Shown here piece after piece: positions 26,149 through 37,203 of a DNA stretch of 64,000 nucleotides; within the stretch, counting starts at the first letter, position 1; the number at the start of each line of letters is the position of its first letter. Source of the DNA: Leucoraja erinacea. Lineage: Eukaryota. The notes under the pieces were generated by a model. It was not told the origin of the DNA. It worked only from the letters and a program-made list of their open reading frames with translations, and did no database searches. Made by a program: the position numbers and the translations under genes. The stretch is from assembly GCF_028641065.1 (NCBI RefSeq), contig NC_073401.1:20026001-20090000 (forward strand), read 5' to 3'.

Positions 26149-27319
26149 CTACAAAGAGAAAACGTTCTTTTAGCCATAGATTCTCAAAGTAATATATTAA
26201 TAGTAGTGACTCTGGAAAAGTTGAATTCATTATAAAGCATCAGAATTATCAGAACAAAGAAGTGTTAGAGAATTAACATGCTTTAGTAAGGAGCAGCAAA
26301 ATAGGAGAGAGATCAAAGACAAAAGGGGCAGTCTGTTTATACGCTGGGCTGAAAAGCTTAGTGCAAAAAAGAGAAATAAACCAACAGACAGCGTCAGAAA
26401 TAAAGAGTCACTGAGTCTCTGATCCTATTCTCCCTGGGCAGCAATGCAGCCCCTACCTCACTGTGGTCCTGACCCTTCATGGAGCTCAATGTCCAAGTGG
26501 ATAAGTCAGGGTGCCTGGGTTGCAGGAGGGCCCCTGGTTTAATAGGAGCTTGCAGAGGTTTAGGGCTCCTTGCTCTGTCAAAGCCCAGATAGGGTCAGTC
26601 CCTACTTCTGTAAGAGCCTGTGAGGAAATAGGACCTTTGGGTCTCAGCTATCTCATGTCTTTTCATTTTGCTTGAAAACTGCTTAAATCCAATACCCACT
26701 CCACAAACCACACTCCTGCTCTGAACCACGAGTTACTCCAGGTTTTTGTGTCTATCTCCTGCTCTGAGCTGTTTGGTAAGGTAGCCTGACTGGTGGAGTC
26801 CCCCAGCTCTGTCCATACTGCTCTAAGTAAGTTACAGAGGCATATGGCACAGAAGCTAGCCCATTCACCCACTAAGTTCACAATAACCACCAGCCACCCA
26901 TTAAGTGCAACATCAGGCACATCAGATGAAAAAATGAAGTACATTGTGAACAGAATAAGCCCAGTATGGAGGTACACAAAAATGCTGGAGAAACTCAGCG
27001 GGCCGAAACGTTGCCTATTTCCTTCGCTCCATAGATGCTGCTGCACCCGCTGAGTTTCTCCAGCATTTTTGTGTACCTTCGATTTTCCAGCATCTGCAGT
27101 TCCTGCTTAAGCCCATTATGGAGCCAGAGAGATCTGCAAGTAATCAAACTCTTCACTGATTATATTAATTACTGTTGACTTTTTCTAATCTCTGCCCTTA
27201 GATTTGACTCCATGTTATCAAGGAACTGTTGGACATTTATCTGAAACACTGGCTTTATCCTGGTTGACATGGCCTGAAAATGGTACTGAGGAAGTCTGGT
27301 AAGTGATACTCTTAAAAAT

Positions 27320-28030
27320 ATGATGACAAGAGTTCAGGGCATGCATATGTCCCTGTTAAGAAAGAAGGGCAAGGCAGGTGGCTGTGAGAAGCTTAGATGA
27401 CAATAACATTTGATGCTCTGGTCAGGAAAAAGAAAGAGGTATGAGACGGGTATTGGCAGCTGGGATCATGATCAGTTCTATAGGACTTCGGTTAGGTAAA
27501 ATTTGGAGTATTGTGTGCCATTCTAGTCACCCCATTACATGAAAGATTTGGCTTTGGAGAGGGTGCAGAGGTGGTTTACCAGAATGCTGCCTGGATTAGA
27601 GGGATTTATCTACGTGGAGAGGTTGGATAGAATTCGACTGGTTTCTCTGGAACGTGGAAGGCTGAAGGGAGGCTTGCTAGAAGTATATAAAATTATGAGT
27701 GGCGTGGATAGGGTAAACAGTCTGAACCTTTTTTCCAAGGTGGAAATGTCCATCACTAGAGGGCAAAGCTATAAGGTGAGCGTGGGGAAAAGTTTATTAA
27801 GAGATGTGCAGGGCAATTTGTTTGAACACAGAAAGTGGTGGGGGCCTGGAACGTATTGGTGGAGGCAGGTACGATAGTGGTGGTGTTTAAGAGGTTTTTA
27901 AGATAGGCACACATAAGTACAGGGAATTGAGGGACATGGATCACACATAGACCGATGAGATCAGTTAAATGGTGTCATGTTCGGCATAAACATTGTGTCC
28001 CGTTCCTGTGCTCTACTGCTCTATGTTCTA
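27320..28030 (+). mobile_element. CR1 LINE fragment in DDT intron 1
   Basis: LERVQRWFTRMLPGLEG...RLKGGLLEVYKIM motif. Confidence 0.8.
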
Positions 28031-28579
28031 AATTGACAAAAGGCAAACAAGAGCTGGTGTAAATAAAGATAGACGGATGACTAGAACTATCTCTAGCTCT
28101 CAATCAACAGGAGTTACATGGGACAGTGGGTGACCTTATACTTCTGAAAGATCAGTTAAATGAAGACAGTAGAAACTGCAGTTTCTGGTGTCTTGATTAA
28201 AACACAAATTGCTGGGGAAACGCAGGCAGCATCTGTGGAGGGAATGGAATTTCTGGGTGGGACCCATCTCCAGACTTCCAGGAGCTTAATGAATTTGCTT
28301 ATGATAACTGCTGGTGGTTGTATTAATACGTTTCTGTCCTCATTAAATTAAGGGAATTAAGTAAACAATAGAACAAGTACAATGCCTTTTGCAACCTAAG
28401 GACTTTTGATCTCAATCGTTAACTATTTCTTCACATATGCTGCCTGAGTTGCTGAGTTTCCAGCAGTTTCTGCTTTTATTTCAGATTTTCAGCATGGGTG
28501 TTTTGGTTATTTCCCATGCTGCCGTTGTGCGCCTCTTACCCAAGGGGCGGTTCGGTGGCACCCGTTTATGAGTTGCAAC

Positions 28580-28617
28580 CAAAGATCCTATAGCAGAGCT
28601 CTGCTATAGGATCTTTG
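28580..28617. mobile_element. 38-bp palindromic micro-MITE with 8-bp TSD (DDT intron 1)
   Basis: gttgcaac|CAAAGATCCTATAGCAGAGCTCTGCTATAGGATCTTTG|gttgcaac. Confidence 0.85.
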
Positions 28618-28807
28618 GTTGCAACTACCCTGCTGCCCACCCACCGCGTCCTCTTGGAGGGTCAGTGCAGTGCAGACATCCACCGTCAGCAGCCCCGGCC
28701 GTCTCCCCACCCCGGTAGCCGGAGAGGGCAGCTAGTCGGCCCGGGATGAGTGGGAGTTGGGCAGGGCGGGGCGGGGGGAAGGGGACCCGTGCAAAAGCAC
28801 CACCTGC

Positions 28808-28915
28808 CTCCTGCGGCTTGTCGAGGATGGCGGCCGCTGCCCGCGCCAACCGCTCCAACAGATCCTCGGAGAAACAGCTGGCCGCAAGGTTACTCTCCAG
28901 CTCCAGGAAGGGCAT
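28808..28915 (-). CDS. DDT: D-dopachrome tautomerase (MIF-2) exon 1, 108 nt
   Basis: MPFLELESNLAASCFSEDLLERLARAAAAILDKPQE with catalytic Pro after Met; lies in a CpG island; the frame requires a GAG|GCAGGT (GC) donor. Confidence 0.92.
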
Positions 28916-29180
28916 CGTAAAGCGGTGGCTGAGACGCGGCGTGTCCTGTTGCTCCGGGGCCGGGTGAAGGGGGAGGGCGGTTGTGTCGGAAATGGTTGGA
29001 GCAGGGGCGGGGTATGGGAGGAGAGGGGCCGGTTTGGGGATTGGGGAGGAGAGGGGCCGGTGTGTGCATTCCCCACATACACAGGGACCAAAGGGCAGAG
29101 ACAGCTGAATGTCCAGCTCAGCTCCCACTATACCCTCCCTTGTGCAAATACTGATGCTTTCCGTTTCTCCTAGTGTAAAG

Positions 29181-29202
29181 CAAAGATCTTATAGGATCTT
29201 TG
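29181..29202. mobile_element. 22-bp micro-MITE with 8-bp TSD (DDT promoter); further copies at 29352-29370 and 29440-29461
   Basis: gtgtaaag|CAAAGATCTTATAGGATCTTTG|gtgtaaag. Confidence 0.85.
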
Positions 29203-29749
29203 GTGTAAAGTGCTGCTGGAAGATCATCTGGATTGCATGAAACTTGTTGCTCTCCCAGCACAGCGAGAGTGCGTCAGGGAATGTTGCCCAAGTTGGACTG
29301 TGTTCCTCCCTTGTGTAAATACTGATGCTTTCCGTTTCTCCTAATGTAAAGCAAAGATCTTATAGGATCTAAAGCGGTTGGCTGCATCGCTTCAGTGCCT
29401 CCCTCAGCACGTTGTCTGGAATAGGCCAGTAGGCAACATCAAAGATCCTATAGGATCTTTGCCGTCTAGGGTCGTGGACATTGAGGGACAGGGTCGGAGG
29501 GGGCACTCCAGAAACAGAAGAAGGGATAATCACCCCAGGGGGGGCACATGTGGCAATTTGTATCAAAATAGGTGTGAAAACTAACTACTCAGCAACACTA
29601 TTGAATATATAAACGCTGTGAATATATTAAGAGTTTTAGCAGTTTTGTTTAATATATATATTTTGAATATTTTCTAAATTCTGATTATTTTTGGAACAAC
29701 TCTGGCTTAATATTAAGTGAGGTGAGGTTGTGAACCATGGTTCAATTAG

Positions 29750-30856
29750 GTGTGACTAGGTAACCGGGTCCCGATTGAAGACATTTGTGAGTTTGATATT
29801 GTCTGTTGATATTTTAGATGTATATACATTTTGATTAAATTGAGCAAATCTTTTGTTAATATCTTTGGGTAGTGTCATCAATTCCCCTTTATCTGACCTA
29901 ATTTTTGAAATCATATGATCTTTTTCCCGTTTTTTCATTTGTCGTGCCAGGAGTTTATGTGGTTTATCACCGAATTCAAAATTTTCTTGTTTTGTAATTT
30001 GAAATAATATAATAACTCTTTCAGATAAAATTCTATTCAGGTTAAATTTCAATATTAATATCTTATTATGTTTATCCATAGTTGGGTCTTTAGCATTGTC
30101 TAAGTCCAATTGTCTAATTTTTTCTTCTAAAAACAATTGTTCCGTCTTATTTTTTTGAAAAGCTTGATATTAAATTATCGATCCTCTGATAAATGCCTTA
30201 AACGATTCCCATAATAATGAGGGTGATATACCTGGGGTGTCATTGGTCTCAAAAAAAAATTCCATCTGTTGTCTTAGATATGCACAACCCTGAGGGTTGT
30301 TTACAATTTGGGGATTGAATCTCCAAAACAATTTTTTTTTGGTCAATCTTATTTTTAGAAAAAAAGTTAGCGAGGCATGGTCTGAAATAATGCTACTATG
30401 GTATTTAGGATTTAATGTGAATACTAGAAAGTAATCAATACGTGAATATGTTTTATTTATCATTGAGTAGAAGGAGTATTCCCGTCCAGCTGGGTTTGCA
30501 ATCCTCCAAACATCTGTTATGTATGTATTTTTATATATGTATTTAATATTTCGCTAGATTTAGATTTAACCTTTTTTGTTTTGCTGATTTGTCCAGATAA
30601 TTATCAAGGACTCAATTGAAATCTCCCCCAAATATCACATTTTGATAATTAGGCTCTGAGATTAGATTCAAAATTTTGTTAAAGAATTGAGGCTTATCAA
30701 AATTAGGCGCATACATATTTACCAAGGTAAATGAGGTCGAGTGTATCCCTCCCGTAACATAACATACCTCCCATCTTTGTCTATTATTGTGTTCTTTGGT
30801 TTAAATGGTATTCCTTTACGAATTATAATTGCCGTACCTCTAGATTTAGAAATATA
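29750..30856 (-). mobile_element. Decayed L1-clade LINE ORF2 5' part (endonuclease region)
   Basis: YSRIDYFL...SDH...WRFNP...LLWESFKAFIRGSII and FEFGDKPHKLLARQ motifs; frameshifted. Confidence 0.85.
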
Positions 30857-31680
30857 CTAGACCAAGTGCAGACCCGTTGGGTCTGTTCCCCCAGCATGCA
30901 GTTGTGGGGGGGGGGGGGGGTGGCATGCAGCGTCACACACACTAACTATCTCCCCCCCACCCCCCACCCCACGCACTCACACTAATTACCCCCCTTGATA
31001 TTATATTAATATTATTAATTTGCTCCTTTTACCCCATAACCACCCTATCTACTGACGCATAGCCCCCAACTTGCAGTCACAACGAGGGGGGGGGGGCAGG
31101 GGTAGAGAGTGAGGGCAGAGAGAGAAGGGGCAGAGACAGAGAGAGACAGAGACACAGAGAGGGGGGAAGGGGGGAGAGGGGGGTGGAGAGGAGGAGAAGA
31201 GGGAGGGTGGGTGAGGGGGGGGAAGGTGGGGGAGGAGGGGAGAGAGAGAGGGTGAGAGTGAGGGGGAGAGAGGGGGTGCTGAGAGGGGGTGAGGGGGAGA
31301 GGTGGGGAGCAGGGAGGGGGAGGGAAGAGGTATATTTCCTCAAACTAACCATATTTTCATTTTCAAACCACATTATGGGTACTCACAGCTGTGGAGACAT
31401 TTGTTCAGTGTTATTCAGAGCTCTGATTGAGGCACACCACTTGCAGAGACTGATTGAGGCACACCACTTCCTGGTTGTATAGTCCCTCCCCCTCCCTCCA
31501 GCAGGGGCAGCAGAGAGAATGGGGAATTTTGTAAAAAACGTTAATATCTCTGTCATTTTTCATCGACGGGAAAAATCCTTGGCACACATGCGGCGGAGGG
31601 GGGCTCTGAGCGAGGTGGCCGAAAATGACGGTCATAGGTGGCGGCGTTCTCTCGGAAATCACAGCACAGAAGGCCATTTC
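30857..31680 (-). mobile_element. Helitron-like non-autonomous element inserted into an L1
   Basis: Minus-strand 3' end CAGACCC-AAC-GGGTCTG hairpin + CACTTGGT + CTAG|T, the classic Helitron terminus; internal GA-rich simple repeat; 5' end uncertain. Confidence 0.6.
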
Positions 31681-32449
31681 TGTCATATGGTGCAACACAA
31701 TACCTTAGTCATCTAGGTGTTAAGTGCGTACTTGTCTCTTTTTGATATTGTTGGCACTTCCCTTTAAAAAATGTCCTAAAAAAAACCCCCAAAAAAGTGA
31801 AAAGTGATTCAAAAACAAAATAAGTGATATTGCAGTACAGTGATAAAAACATTGTACTGCTAAAATGAACTCACCAAAAGGTGGTAGAAGTAAATTTGAC
31901 GACTTCCGTCGTTAATAAACATTTACCTCCACTCCCTTTACCGAATAATATTTGAAGAAGGGTCAGTACAAAGGTATCTAGAGACTCATCAGACATATAA
32001 GTCTGATTAAATCTTTTCATGAACATACATTTACTATTTACTAACATTTGTTATATTAAACTTCACAAACCTACACCATTGTCTTGCAATAAAATTCTCC
32101 TTCAGGTTGGAAGTGGTTAACCAAAAATACATTCTTGGCTATGTTCCAATTGCCGTATGCTTAGATCGCTTCCCTTCCATCTAACTTCATTAAATTAAAT
32201 TTAACTTCATTCTAACATTATATTAAACAGTTCAAGAGTTCCAGAGTTGCATTTCTGAATTAGTTACACACATATTAGTATATTATTATAAAATTAACTT
32301 AAATCAATATAGTTAAAACACCACCAATAATATACGGGTCAGTTAATAAGTTAGAATCCATCTCACCCCCTCCAGTGGAATGGCTCCCTATTCAATATAC
32401 TAATTCATTTCAGATTAATAAAGCTGTATTAAATCGTTCTGTTAGTATG

Positions 32450-32877
32450 CAATTGCCCGCTGCACCAAAAAAACCCAGAATATAATAAAGGACATCTCCC
32501 ACCCCGGACACTCCCTGTTTGAACTGTTGCCGTCAGGCAGACGGTACAGATCCACAAGGACAAGGACAAATAGACTAAAAAACAGTTTTTACCCCACTGC
32601 TATAAAAGCACTAAATGTAGCCGCCAAGGAACGCAGGGGCGATACAGACTAAGGGACTGTGGTAACGGTGAAATCGACAGAAGGATGGAGGGTTGGGTGT
32701 GTATGCGTGCTTTGTCTGTGATATTTATTTATTTGCTTATCTTTATTATTTTACCGTGGATGTTTCGTTAGCTTTAGAAATGTTTGAATGCTGCACTGAC
32801 TGGCTGACATTTTAAATTTCGTTGTACATGGCCCATGTTACAATGACAATAAAGAAACTATTCTATTCTATTCTATT
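32450..32877 (+). mobile_element. 5'-truncated Rex/Babar-type LINE 3' end with (CTATT)n tail
   Basis: HPGHSLFELLPSGRRYRS...RLKNSFYP motif; AATAAA plus microsatellite tail; near-TSD gttagtatg/gttagaatg. Confidence 0.7.
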
Positions 32878-32999
32878 GTTAGAATGTAATACTATGTTAA
32901 TATGCCATGAAACAAATCTTTTTATTAATAAGTTATGACTTTCGGCTTGCTTTGATTACATTGTTACATGTTCCACGACTCCCTTTTGTTCTCATCGAA

Positions 33000-33902
33000 A
33001 TGTGACGACGACCTTGGTTACACATTCCACAGCTGATAAATGTCTACACTTTGCAATTCCGCCATCTTAACAAAGTCTTTTTTTTGAATATCAGTTAATT
33101 CAAAAGTCATAATTTCTCAGCTTGCCCTCAACCAAATGTTATAACCAAACCATCTCTAGATAGTCGTGTTATTTTACTTTCCCTTAATCTCCTTTACGAG
33201 TTCTTCTGCATATGTATATGCCTCTTCTGGGTCAATGAAGACACGCTCCGAATTCTTATAGGTAATCTTCATTTTAGCTGGGTACATAATACCATATCTT
33301 AAGTCCGGAATCCCTTTCAGAATCTGTCTTTGAAAACAGATTCCATTTCTTTGCTACCTCTGCAGGGTAATCTCTGAAGAATTTGACAATCTCATCCTCA
33401 AATTTCAAATTTGTCCCATGAGGTAATTTCTTCATAATATCTTCCAGAACAGAGATATCGTGAAATTTCATTATAATCTGTCGCGGGGGGGGGTCTCCCG
33501 ACCGCGCTCAGGCTCTTTTGACCCGGTGCCATATCTATCTTCGGTTTTTCAAGCAGATTGAATACCTTTTTAAGTAAGTTGGCAGTGAATTCACGGGTAT
33601 CATGTCCAGTTTCTCTTCCTTCTCTCACTCAACTATTCTTAAATTCTGCCGTCGTGATCTGCCTTCCAAGTCCAAACATTTCTCCGTCATTTTGGCCAGC
33701 TGCCCCAAGGTATTCTGCTGTTCCTTTTTCACTCTCCATCTCGTCATACATTTCCTTCATCGCAATTTCCATTTCTTTCATAGCAGAGCTGAATGCTTTC
33801 GTAGTGTCTTCCCACTTTTGCTTCCAGTCCTTTCGCACCCTTGCAATTTCTGCACTTAAATCGGTCTCAACTTTCTCAATGCATTTTTTCAGAATACCGT
33901 TT
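33000..33902 (-). mobile_element. Decayed L1 ORF1 (coiled coil plus RRM/CTD fragments)
   Basis: Coiled-coil-like and PPRQIIMKFHD...IVKFFRDYPAEVAKK fragments upstream of the ORF2 remnant on the same strand. Confidence 0.7.
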
Positions 33903-33904
33903 TA

Positions 33905-34512
33905 GAAACATAGAAAATAGGTGCAGGAGTAGGCCATTTGGCCCTTCGAGCCTGCACCGCCATTCAATATGATCATGGCTGATCATCCAACTCAGTATCC
34001 TGTACCTGCCTTCTCTCCATACCTCCTGATCCCTTAAGCCACAGGGGACACATCTAACTCCCTCTTAAATATAGCCAATGAACTGGCCTCAACTACCTTC
34101 TGTGGCAGGGAGTTCCAGAGATTCACCACTTCTCTGTGTTAAAAATGTTTTTCACATCTCGGTTCTAAAGGATTTCCCCTCTATCCTTAAGCTGTGACCC
34201 CTTGTCCTGGACTTCCCCAACATCGCGAACAATCTTCCTGCATCTAGCCTGTCCAACTCCTTAAGAATTTTGTAAGTTTCTATAAGATCCCCCCTCAATC
34301 TCCTAAATTCTAGCGAGTACAAACCGAGTCTATCCAGTCTTTCTTCATATGAAAGTCCTGACATCCCAGGAATCAGTCTGGTGAACCTTCCCTGCACTCC
34401 CTCTATGGCAATAATGTCCTTCCTCAGATTTGGAGACCAAAACTGTACACAATACTCCAGGTGTGGTCTCACCAAGACCGTGTACAGTAGAACCTCCCGG
34501 CTCTTATACTCC
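33905..34512 (-). mobile_element. CR1 (HER1-like) LINE 3' end
   Basis: VRPHLEYCVQFWSP...LERLGLYSLEFRRLRGDLIETYKILK...TRGHSLRI; tail ...ggcctactcctgcacctattttctatgtttcta. Confidence 0.9.
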
Positions 34513-34880
34513 TTTGATGAAAGACACCGGGTCCGACGAGCCCGAGCGAGGTCGGGAGACCCACCCCCCCCGAGACAGATTATAATTAAATTTCACGATA
34601 TCTCTGTTCTGGAAGATATTATGAAGAAATTACCTCATGGAACAAATTTCTTTACTGAGTAAAGTGATTAGTTCATACAGAAAGGATTGCTGTGTCCCTC
34701 ACTTTGCAGAGACAACCCTAAAGCCAAGGTAACGTTTAGAGAACATCATGGTGTAAAATAAGATTCCAATCACCATACTGGCCACTGGCTAGTGCCAGCC
34801 ACTGGCACATCCATGTGCTCTTGGAGAAGTTGGCAGAGGATTCCTAACCTCCAGCAGAGGTTAATGTTCACCACTCCTAT

Positions 34881-36383
34881 TGTAAAAGTTAGTTTTATAG
34901 GGAGGTTTCACAGCAGTCGGGTCACGACCCATGACCCGTACTGTTGCTACGCTACTCCAAGTGGATTACACGCGATGAACTGCAGGTAGGCACTTATCAT
35001 TGTTTCCAGCATAGCGGGCCCGTTAAAACCCGCTGAAATTGTCAATTTTTGCGCTGTAAATCATTATGGAAATCAGGATAAGCATGTGAGACATTTAGCA
35101 TACTTCAGAATTCCAAAAGTGAGGAGAAATGACGATAGATAGAAACGAGAGCTGAAGCAAGGGACAACACCAGCCAGAGTGCTTGACGAACATTGGCCGT
35201 TTGCTCACTGCATTTCATCAACTAAGGCATTATTTGTGTTTTTTCTTGATTCCTTTGGCATCTAAAAAGTTTCAGAAGTGATAAATCTGGTTGTAATTTT
35301 TTTAAATCGCCCATGGTTCTCGTGGGTTTTTACATACAAAATGAAAACGCATCTGAAGAAAATTTACAGCCAGATTTATCACTTCTGAGATTTTTTAGAT
35401 ACCAAAGGAATCAAGAAAAAACACAAATAATGCGTTACTTGATGAAATGCAGTGAGCAAACGCGATAATTCCCAATATTTTCAGTTCCGATATCTGCACA
35501 GCCAATGTTTACCAAGCACTTTAGCTGTTGTTGTCCCTTCAGCTCTCGCTTCTCTTTACCTTCATTTCGCTTCACTTTTGGAATTCTAAAGTTAGGTAAA
35601 TGTCTCTCACACTTACCCCGACTCCCACAATTTTTTTCAGCTCATTAATAACATATACCAGAAGTTACGTATGTCCTCCAGATGGATTGAGCGGCTCCGT
35701 GCGACAAGCCCTATGACCCAGTGACCTTACGTGCAACCCCTCTATAACAACTTAACAGGTTCGCTTCTTAATAAACAGACAAGACACAAACGTTTGGTAG
35801 ACCAGTTCAAAACTTTACTTATTATCGGCCGATGGAAGGGAGGGAGAACTCTAGTCAAGTGAGCAATACAGACACTTCACTGTCCTCAGTCCACTTCCCC
35901 GAACAACAGAATTACATCGTATTATATAGTGGAGTTTTTTCACCTTAGCACATTCCACAGACATTAGTCATGGTCAGAGGTACAGGAAAATAAAGGTTTC
36001 TACAGAATGCATCACATCAAAGGCATTTTGTCACATGGTCCAAGATATATTTAAAAAATTGGCCATTTGGTATTGCCCCTTAGATGAATCTAGTTTCCTC
36101 TCTATCACTTCCTCCCTCATAAACATTGGACATTTGGTGCAAGGCATTTTACATATCAAAGAGATCAATCTAGCTTCTTCTCTGTTTCCTCTCTCGTCAC
36201 TTGGGAGACAAGTGGTATAGTATTCATTATCTCAATACACCGCAACCTGAGGCAAGCCTAGACTTTCCTTTCTGTATTAATCTACTGGAGAAAAGCCCAA
36301 TTTGAGCCTAAATATAAGCTGTAAGCTAGCCCAGGAACCAATTTAATATCTTCTTATATTTTTTACTTAATTCAGCTTTATCA
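34881..36383 (-). mobile_element. Probable solo LTR (~655 bp after removing the nested 34900-35742 element)
   Basis: TG...CA ends; absent at the paralogous site in copy B (~42505); near-TSD ctat/ctct; TATA-like (35920-35928) and AGTAAA (~35813) on minus. Confidence 0.55.
34900..35742. mobile_element. Non-autonomous fold-back DNA element with TATA target duplication
   Basis: TATA|GGGAGGTTTCA...TGCAACCCCTC|TATA; long internal inverted repeat (~35080-35300 vs 35360-35620). Confidence 0.75.
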
Positions 36384-37052
36384 CTCTCTCCATGCCCTCA
36401 CTGCAGCACCAAAGTAGCTCAGGTGCCTCAAAGCTCCAGACATCTGGATTCAGTTCCGACTTTGGCCTCTGTCTATGTGAAGTTTGCACATTTCTCCTGT
36501 GACCATGTGGATTTCCTCCCAGGTCCCAAGAAGTGTAGGTTTATTGGCTGCTGCAAATTGCCCCTGGTGTGTGGGTGAGTGGTAGAACTGGGAGGAGTTG
36601 AGGAAAATAAAGTCATTAATATAGGATTAGTGTATATGGGTGGTTGATAGTCAGCATAGGCTCAGGGGGCTGAACAATCTGTTTCCATGCTGTACCTCAA
36701 CATGATTCTAGTAATCTCTGAGACACGTCAAGGTCTCACATCATTTTAAAAGTATCTGGATGAGCATTGGGGAAGCTTGTGCGGTCACAGGAAGAACGTG
36801 CCAACTCCACACGGACAGTGCCCGAGGTTGATGTTGAACCCAAGTTGGTGGAACCATGAAGAAGTGGCTCTGCTAGAGCAGGGTTGGTGTAGCTGGTCCA
36901 ACAATGGCAAGCTGAGGTATGACTGCTAGTAGCATCAAGCATGGGTGGGGAGAATGGTGGGCAATGGGGCTTCTGCAGGGTGATGTCGGGTGAGAGAAAA
37001 GTTGGCGAAGAATCAACCTGACGGAGAGTGATGCTCCAAACCTCTCCTGCAG

Positions 37053-37203
37053 TGTGGCCATTCTGAAATACCTGGCTGGTAAATACAAGACCCCCGACCA
37101 CTGGTACCCCACCAACCTCCAGCAAAGGGCTGGTGTGGATGAATATCTCTCCTGGCAGCCCACAACCATAAGGTTCCACGGATCAAGGCTCTACATGTTC
37201 AAG
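37053..37203 (+). pseudogene. GSTT copy A: orphan exon 3 of a theta-class glutathione S-transferase inside a partial duplication (~34650-38620)
   Basis: VAILKYLAGKYKTPDHWYPTNLQQRAGVDEYLSWQPTTIRFHGSRLYMFK with intact AG/GT; flanks homologous to introns 2 and 3 of copies B/C; no exons 1, 2, 4 or 5 found for this copy. Confidence 0.8.

Noticed and set aside
28625-29128. 167-aa single-exon ORF as an N-terminally extended DDT
   Set aside because: DDT needs an N-terminal Pro; only 28808-28915 is homologous, and the rest is GC-rich promoter and intron
28571-29461. Repeated palindromes as a CRISPR-like array or operator array
   Set aside because: Eukaryotic DNA, irregular spacing, and 8-bp TSDs show they are separate insertions; the 56-bp perfect palindrome arises because the TSD gttgcaac is itself palindromic
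31077-31482. Pro/Ser/Leu-rich and Gly/Glu/Arg-rich ORFs
   Set aside because: Translations of a GA simple repeat inside the Helitron-like element
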